From the NCBI GenBank assembly GCA_964399865.1, contig CAYNRJ010000001.1, positions 67,727-131,726 of the forward strand: a stretch of DNA of 64,000 bases, in the 5' to 3' direction. Below, one piece after another: positions 58,233 to 64,000 of the stretch (the stretch's first letter is position 1; every line of letters starts with the position of its first letter). This DNA is from an uncultured Candidatus Saccharibacteria bacterium (lineage in GTDB: Bacteria > Patescibacteriota > Minisyncoccia > Phycocordibacterales > UBA2100). Below the pieces are notes generated by a model. It saw nothing but the letters and a program-made list of their open reading frames with translations. It searched no databases and had not been told where the DNA came from. Both the position numbers and the translations under genes were made by a program.

Positions 58233-59504
58233 TTATGAACGCAAAAGTGCGAGAAGCGCAGCGGAATTTGTATGCGGACCGATAACCGCGAGATTTAGAG
58301 TTTTCGTTTTAAAGATATCCTTCGCGACACGCTGCACATCAGAAGCTGTCACTTTATCAATACCCTCCAAGATTTCCTCGAGCGTGCGAACTTTTCCGAC
58401 GTTTATGAGTGAAGTTGCTGCATTTTCGGCGATGGCATCACTTGTTTCAAGCGCAAGCGTAAATGTGCCTCGCATGTAGGCCTTAATTTTCTTTAGCTCT
58501 GCGGCAGGAACTGGCGCGCGCTTCATTTTCTTCAGCTCATTTAGGATGGTTTCTACCGCTTTCTCCAATTTCCCATGTTCCACGCCCGCCTGCACAACAA
58601 AATAGCCAGTGTCAGGGTATTTATCAGTCCAGGCGCGCACAGAATAGGCGAGTCCACGCTTCTCGCGTACTTCCATAAAGAGACGGCTCGACATACCCGC
58701 GCCAAGGATGGCCGTGAGCACTTCGAGTGCGTATTCGTCCTTGTGTAAATACGGATACGCAGGCATTCCAAGCATCAGCTGCGTCTGATCTGTTTTCTTT
58801 TCTTTAATGAGAATACGAGGGGAGTCTTGTTCGGGCGAGAAACGAATGTAATCCGGTGGATTTCCGTGCTTCAAGCCCCCGAATTCTCTATTGATCTTCG
58901 CAAGCACTGATTTCTCATTAAATCCGCCAGCTACACAGACGACGGTATTTAACGGTGTGTAGTTACGTTTTAGATACGCAGCAAAATCTTTGCGTTTGAA
59001 AGTCCTAATATTTTCTTTGGGACCGAGAATATTTCGTCCCAGTGGATGTTCTTTGCCGAAAATAAGTACATCAAACACATCTCCGATAGTGCGCATTGGC
59101 ATATCTTCGTACATGTCGATTTCCTGGATGACCGCACCTCGCTCCTTCGTAATTTCTTTTACCGGAAGCGTAGAATTTAGAAAAATATCACTTATGACAT
59201 CGAGTGCTGTATCGAGATAACGGCTACTGACCTTTGCGTAGTACGCAGTCCTCTCCTTTGATGTGAAAGCGTTGTACACGCTACCGATTGAATCGAGTTC
59301 TTCACTGATAGCACGTGCACTGGGACGTTTTTTTGTACCCTTGAAAAACATGTGCTCCAGAAAGTGAGCTAGACCGTTCTCTTTCTGATCCTCGTATCTT
59401 GAGCCCGTACCCGTCATCACGATGACAGTTGCAGTCTTTCCGTCCTTTACGGGAACCAGAACGACTCGTAGGCCATTTTTAAGAGTATGGATGTAGTGCT
59501 TCAT
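58233..59504 (-). CDS. M16 (pitrilysin) family peptidase
   Basis: HFLEH inverted Zn motif, NAFTS, SSRLF.EVREKRGLAY. Confidence 0.95.
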   Translation of the reverse strand: MKHYIHTLKNGLRVVLVPVKDGKTATVIVMTGTGSRYEDQKENGLAHFLEHMFFKGTKKRPSARAISEELDSIGSVYNAFTSKERTAYYAKVSSRYLDTALDVISDIFLNSTLPVKEITKERGAVIQEIDMYEDMPMRTIGDVFDVLIFGKEHPLGRNILGPKENIRTFKRKDFAAYLKRNYTPLNTVVCVAGGFNEKSVLAKINREFGGLKHGNPPDYIRFSPEQDSPRILIKEKKTDQTQLMLGMPAYPYLHKDEYALEVLTAILGAGMSSRLFMEVREKRGLAYSVRAWTDKYPDTGYFVVQAGVEHGKLEKAVETILNELKKMKRAPVPAAELKKIKAYMRGTFTLALETSDAIAENAATSLINVGKVRTLEEILEGIDKVTASDVQRVAKDIFKTKTLNLAVIGPHTNSAALLALLRS

Positions 59505-59609
59505 GTGGGCGCATAGTATCCTTTCTATGAGAGTCAGGCAAAGTAGATTGACAATAGGTATATGCTCTATAGCGTGTATGTAGTGCAACCTTAGCAGGAA
59601 GGATAAACG

Positions 59610-60170
59610 ATGGCCCCGCCGTTCTTGGTGCTGCGCGAAACCAAGCGCATTGTGCTCGCGAGACCGTTCGATCCTCGTGAGTTCTTCGGCCGGAAGAGGA
59701 AGGCGCCGCATTTCTTCTTACTCAATGATGTTTTGTCTTTGGCTCGACCTGTGGATGCTGGCACGGAATTCGACGTCCACATTTTCGAGGTCGGTAGTCG
59801 CGAGGTGTCACTCGACGCACTAGCAACACGCGGGATTAATACAACCGAGGAGTTTGTTGCGTCTTTGGATAAGCTGATGCCCACTATTCAGAATATCCGA
59901 GCAGCATTGCCGACCCCGAGATACTTTGAACCAACGGCATTGTGTGCGGTCCTTGGCGCCATACTCGATCCGCAGCTTAACGGCTCCGAAGGCGACTTGA
60001 GTACACAGCATGACAATCTGTTCTTTGCGGAATCGTGCTGGGTCTTCGCTAGGTGCGTCGAGTGGAGCGAACCTGGAGAAGAGCTGAAACTATGGACAGT
60101 CAACAGCATGCCGCTGTCCCATCAGACGAGCTACAGTCGGGGGCCTTATGTGTTTGCGCCCGCGCTATGA
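59610..60170 (+). CDS. Hypothetical orphan protein
   Basis: ORF preceded by TTGACA and a purine-rich AGGAAGGA RBS; no recognisable motif. Confidence 0.55.
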   Translation: MAPPFLVLRETKRIVLARPFDPREFFGRKRKAPHFFLLNDVLSLARPVDAGTEFDVHIFEVGSREVSLDALATRGINTTEEFVASLDKLMPTIQNIRAALPTPRYFEPTALCAVLGAILDPQLNGSEGDLSTQHDNLFFAESCWVFARCVEWSEPGEELKLWTVNSMPLSHQTSYSRGPYVFAPAL

Positions 60171-60235
60171 CGCTCAAGGGGTCGCGTTCGCGCGGCCTCT
60201 TTGCTTTTTTAGCTAGAAACGGTACTCTTTTCGGA

Positions 60236-62158
60236 ATGACTCTTAACGAAGTAAGGTCTAAATACCTAGCTTTCTTAGAGAAGCACGGCCACGTCATAAT
60301 ACCGAGTGCCCCAATCGTGCCTCAGAATGACCCGACGACCCTTTTTACTGGAAGCGGCATGCAGCCGCTTGTTCCATACCTCCTCGGAAAACCACATCCA
60401 AAAGGTAGCCGCCTTGTAAATAGCCAAAAATCTTTCCGTGCGGAAGATATCGAGGAGATCGGCGATAATCGTCACACCACATTTTTCGAGATGCTCGGTA
60501 ACTGGTCGCTCGGAGATTATTTCAAAAAAGAACAGTTGCCATTTTTCTTTGGATTTCTTACAGATGAAATTAAACTCGATCCGAAACGTTTGTACGTAAC
60601 GGTCTTCATCGGTGATGAAAAAAATAATGTGCCTCGAGATACTGAATCTGCAGGAATTTGGAAGGAGCAGTTTGCGAAGAAGGGCATTGATGCAAAAGAG
60701 GTCGTGATCGGATCAGAAGAGGACGGCTATCGTCTTGGCATGCAGGGCGGCCGCATCTTTTACTACAACGCGAAGAAGAATTGGTGGAGTCGCGCAGGAG
60801 TTCCTGAAAATATGCCTGCAGGTGAGCCGGGAGGACCGGATTCCGAGGTGTTTTATGACTTTGGAACGCCCCACGATGCAAAATTCGGTAATGAGTGCCA
60901 TCCAAACTGCGACTGCGGACGATTCCTTGAGATAGGGAACTCGGTTTTCATGCAGTACATCAAGAAAGAGGATGGCACATTTGCCCTTCTTCCTAAGCAA
61001 AATGTCGATTTCGGAGGCGGCCTAGAGCGTATTACAGCAGCATCAAATGGAGATCCGGATGTCTTTGGCACCGATGCATTTCAAGATGTAATTGGGCTAC
61101 TCGAGAAATTCTCAGACAAACTTTACACCGACAGCCGCTATCAGAGATCGTTCCGCATCGTCGCGGACCATGTCCGCGCAGCAGTCTTTATGATCGGAGA
61201 TGGGGTCATTCCATCAAACACCGAGCGCGGATACGTCCTCCGTCGCCTTATTCGTCGTGCAGCTCAGCATACGGCAAAGCTAGGTACATCTGACAAGGAT
61301 GAAGATGACAGCATGCTCGTGCGCGCGGCGATCATGTTCATCGAAAAGTACAAACATGCGTATTCAGAGCTCGACGGCGAGGCTACATACGAAAAAATTA
61401 AAGAGGAGATTTGGAAGGAGGAGAAGCAATTCGCAAAAACTCTCACAAACGGTCTCCGAGAGTTTGAAAAGATCGCACTACAAGGAAAAATCTCCGGTGA
61501 AGAAGGTTTTGTACTATTTTCGACGTACGGATTCCCCTTTGAAATGACTCGAGAACTCGCAAAGGAGCGCGGAATCGCAGTCGACGACGAAGGATTTAAG
61601 CTAAAGATGAAAGAACACAGCGAATTATCGCGCGCAGGAGGGGAAAAGAAATTCAAGGGAGGTCTTGCGGATTCATCCGAAGCAACAACACGCCTCCACA
61701 CCACACACCACCTTCTTCTTCGCGCACTTCAGATCGTCCTTGGTCCTCACGTGAAGCAGCGCGGCTCAAATATCACACAAGAGCGTCTCCGAATAGACTT
61801 TTCACACGGTGACAAAATGACTCCTGAGCAAATCCTGGAGGTAGAACGCATAGTGAACGAAAAAATCCGCGAAAAATTGCCCGTAACTCACTCAACTCTT
61901 CCAAAAGAAGAGGCGGAAAAGCTCGGCGCAGAGCACGAGTTCGGTGCAAAGTATCCAGATGTGGTTTCCGTCTATTCCGTGGGACCATCCGGCGCATCGC
62001 TCGCAAATCCACAATTCGACAAAGCATTTTCAATAGAATTTTGCGGTGGTCCGCACGTAACCAACACTGAAGAGATTGCAAAGGCAGGAACTTTCAAGAT
62101 AAAGAAGGAGGAGGCAGTCGCAATGGGTATTCGCCGCATCAAAGGCGTGTTGGTATAG
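60236..62158 (+). CDS. alaS: Alanine--tRNA ligase (short, lacking C-Ala domain)
   Basis: DPTTLFT.SGMQP, HTTFFEMLGNWS, ADHVRA, GYVLRRLIRR, editing motifs HTTHH and EFCGGPH; ends right after GIRRI. Confidence 0.97.
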   Translation: MTLNEVRSKYLAFLEKHGHVIIPSAPIVPQNDPTTLFTGSGMQPLVPYLLGKPHPKGSRLVNSQKSFRAEDIEEIGDNRHTTFFEMLGNWSLGDYFKKEQLPFFFGFLTDEIKLDPKRLYVTVFIGDEKNNVPRDTESAGIWKEQFAKKGIDAKEVVIGSEEDGYRLGMQGGRIFYYNAKKNWWSRAGVPENMPAGEPGGPDSEVFYDFGTPHDAKFGNECHPNCDCGRFLEIGNSVFMQYIKKEDGTFALLPKQNVDFGGGLERITAASNGDPDVFGTDAFQDVIGLLEKFSDKLYTDSRYQRSFRIVADHVRAAVFMIGDGVIPSNTERGYVLRRLIRRAAQHTAKLGTSDKDEDDSMLVRAAIMFIEKYKHAYSELDGEATYEKIKEEIWKEEKQFAKTLTNGLREFEKIALQGKISGEEGFVLFSTYGFPFEMTRELAKERGIAVDDEGFKLKMKEHSELSRAGGEKKFKGGLADSSEATTRLHTTHHLLLRALQIVLGPHVKQRGSNITQERLRIDFSHGDKMTPEQILEVERIVNEKIREKLPVTHSTLPKEEAEKLGAEHEFGAKYPDVVSVYSVGPSGASLANPQFDKAFSIEFCGGPHVTNTEEIAKAGTFKIKKEEAVAMGIRRIKGVLV

Positions 62159-62205
62159 TAATCATAGACAGACGGTCACGTCTGTTGATCAGATAGGAGG
62201 TCGTG

Positions 62206-62397
62206 ATGAACGATGAGGACATGTACCGTCCCTTGACCGGTGAGGAGGTCAGGGAAGGCGCGAGGGTCTCCCGTCACGGAAACGAAAACGTGCTTTCGCG
62301 GGCATGCTATTCGCTGACCTTCACGCTTATCGAGCCATTCCTGATGCTCGGTATTCTGATGGTCGCTACGCTGATCAAGGATGCACGCTCCTGGTGA
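62206..62397 (+). CDS. Small orphan membrane protein
   Basis: SD AGGAGG 5 nt before ATG; C-terminal hydrophobic helix; GAGGCGGCGG..CCGCCGCCTC hairpin downstream. Confidence 0.5.
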   Translation: MNDEDMYRPLTGEEVREGARVSRHGNENVLSRACYSLTFTLIEPFLMLGILMVATLIKDARSW

Positions 62398-62508
62398 CTG
62401 CATCGCCTTGGGCTGCAGAGGCGGCGGAGATTACGATCCCGCCGCCTCAACAGTTTTAATACACACGATAGGACAGAGAAAAAAAATACAGGAGGTATAC
62501 TAGTAGGT

Positions 62509-63654
62509 ATGTTAGGTATGGGAACCAGCAGCCCTCACGGGAAGATTTTTGCCGTTGCAGATATAGGAAGCGGTAGCGCGAGTGTCGCTATTTGCGCTGC
62601 GAGCCACGGCAGACCGGCTCGCATAATTTCCGCCCAATCGACAGTTCTCCCGATCGGCGATCGAAAAGGGGACGCGACGATGACTGGAGTTATTGCAGCG
62701 CTTTCTGAAAGTGCCAATAAAGCATTGACCGCCGCACAAGCTACGAAAATTGGTCACATTCAAAACGTATACGCAATCATTCGCGCACCATGGACCACCT
62801 CAAAGGCAATACGTGCAACTAAAAAATTCCCTACAGACGAAAAAATTAACGATGCTGTCATAAATGCCCTTGCTAAGGAAGCCCTCGGAGCAGAAAAGGA
62901 CCTCGATATCTCAAAACTTCTCGAGGCAAGCGTTGTGAGAGTCGAATTGAACGGTTATCCGACCGCAAATCCAATAGGTAAGCACGCCCACGCGGTTGTC
63001 GTTGCCGCTATCGCGAGCGAATGCGATCCGAGAATGAAAATGGCCGTTGAGGATACACTTTCAAAGGTATTCTCATCAAAACCAGCACTTCGCTCAGGAA
63101 CTCGAACACTTCTCACCGTACTTCGAGAGCGCTCGTCAGCGTATGCGGACTACCTTATTGTCGATATGACAAGTGAGGCGACGAGCATCATCTCAGTCCA
63201 TAAAGGAACCCCGATGGGACATGTGGTAGTAGCGGAGGGAACTCGAACGATCCTTAAAAGAGTGGCGGGTAAGGGGCTGCCAGAAGAAACTCTGACCCTT
63301 ATTCGAATGCTCGCGCAGGATCACTGTGAAGATTCAGCGTGCGAAGCGGTAAAAGAGGGGATGGCACGTGCAGAACAAGATCTTATAAAGACTTTCGGAG
63401 AAGCGATGGCAAAATTAGTCACCGTCCGCCGACTTCCGAGAAATCTCGTTCTGTCAGCCGAGCTTCCTATGGCGGAATGGCTCTCCCACTTCTTTTCTCG
63501 AATAGATTTCACCCAATTCACGATTACAGCCCAGCCTTTCAGTGTCGAAATCTTAAGCGCTGAAGACCTTTCAACCCTCGTTGCTACGCAGAGTAAGACG
63601 CCAGACATCGGACTTATGAGCGCTGTAGCGCTTGTCAACAGCGATCTTCGGTAA
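62509..63654 (+). CDS. FtsA/PilM-like actin-fold protein (divergent)
   Basis: ADIGSGS phosphate-1 motif, LNGY (cf. FtsA 1C), LIVDM...T second phosphate motif. Confidence 0.65.
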   Translation: MLGMGTSSPHGKIFAVADIGSGSASVAICAASHGRPARIISAQSTVLPIGDRKGDATMTGVIAALSESANKALTAAQATKIGHIQNVYAIIRAPWTTSKAIRATKKFPTDEKINDAVINALAKEALGAEKDLDISKLLEASVVRVELNGYPTANPIGKHAHAVVVAAIASECDPRMKMAVEDTLSKVFSSKPALRSGTRTLLTVLRERSSAYADYLIVDMTSEATSIISVHKGTPMGHVVVAEGTRTILKRVAGKGLPEETLTLIRMLAQDHCEDSACEAVKEGMARAEQDLIKTFGEAMAKLVTVRRLPRNLVLSAELPMAEWLSHFFSRIDFTQFTITAQPFSVEILSAEDLSTLVATQSKTPDIGLMSAVALVNSDLR

Positions 63655-63683
63655 TAGCCAAACCGCAGTGGTACAATTGCCAA

Positions 63684-64000
63684 ATGGTTAAAGATTATTT
63701 CCAGGATATTTTGCCCCCACAAGGTTCCTCAAACTCTTCCGCGGGGAAGACGCCTTCGTCACCCACCTCAATTCCGATTAACACTTCCGATTCCTCCGAG
63801 GAGGAGCCAGCTTTTGTGCCACCCGAGCCGGCCGCACGATCAATACGCAATATTTCTGTCGTATCCAGACCCCCTCGTCGTCCAGCATTTTCAGACAATC
63901 GTGGCGGAGGAATGGGTGGACCTGACTCGCGTAAAAAGGGAGGTAAGAAATGGTTGATGATGATCGTCGTCGCTGTCGTTCTGGCGCTGTTACTAGCACT
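63684..64000 (+). CDS. Partial ORF (runs off window), disordered N-terminus then TM
   Basis: MVKDYFQDILPP...KKWLMMIVVAVVLALLL, open to the window end; ATG 6 nt after TACAAT. Confidence 0.75.
   Translation, partial: MVKDYFQDILPPQGSSNSSAGKTPSSPTSIPINTSDSSEEEPAFVPPEPAARSIRNISVVSRPPRRPAFSDNRGGGMGGPDSRKKGGKKWLMMIVVAVVLALLLA

Noticed and set aside
60-63999. Numerous short antisense/alternative-frame ORFs in the six-frame track
   Set aside because: They are shadows of well-supported genes, with no motifs or initiation signals.

Overview
A 64-kb chromosomal segment made mostly of housekeeping genes, most likely from a Patescibacteria/CPR (Parcubacteria-type) bacterium. That assignment is inferred from the gene set: short AlaS, cupin-type PGI, degenerate HisRS paralogue, second FtsA-like actin, sigma4/HTH protein and ECF sigma plus membrane anti-sigma. 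Recognisable genes include trxB, ftsZ, ftsA, ybeY, rpsU, lepB, pth, rpsA, lysS, msrA, tyrS, uvrA/B/C, murB, carAB, tRNA-Ala(TGC), tdh-kbl, class I aldolase, glpX, mpg, rmuC, rplU, recR, dnaB, mltG, mnmA, hss, ung and alaS. No integrase, transposase, prophage or CRISPR array is evident. The most notable signals are non-coding. (1) Four dispersed ~110-nt intergenic elements (1-113, 4505-4620, 9739-9849, 10512-10624) have almost unrelated stem sequences but the same three-way-junction fold, with conserved GA/GA pairs and GACG (GTCG in one copy) and AGCA loops. (2) A ~340-nt highly structured minus-strand RNA candidate (11929-12269) matches no RNA class I recognise. (3) A 6S-like rod-shaped sRNA candidate lies before tyrS. 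(4) A pyrL-like leader-peptide attenuator precedes carAB. (5) Many genes (about 20 here) look leaderless, whereas scattered orphan genes carry strong Shine-Dalgarno sites. Several enzymes look catalytically degenerate, and an S41 protease carries a J-domain-like insert. All calls come from reading the sequence; no database searches were run.
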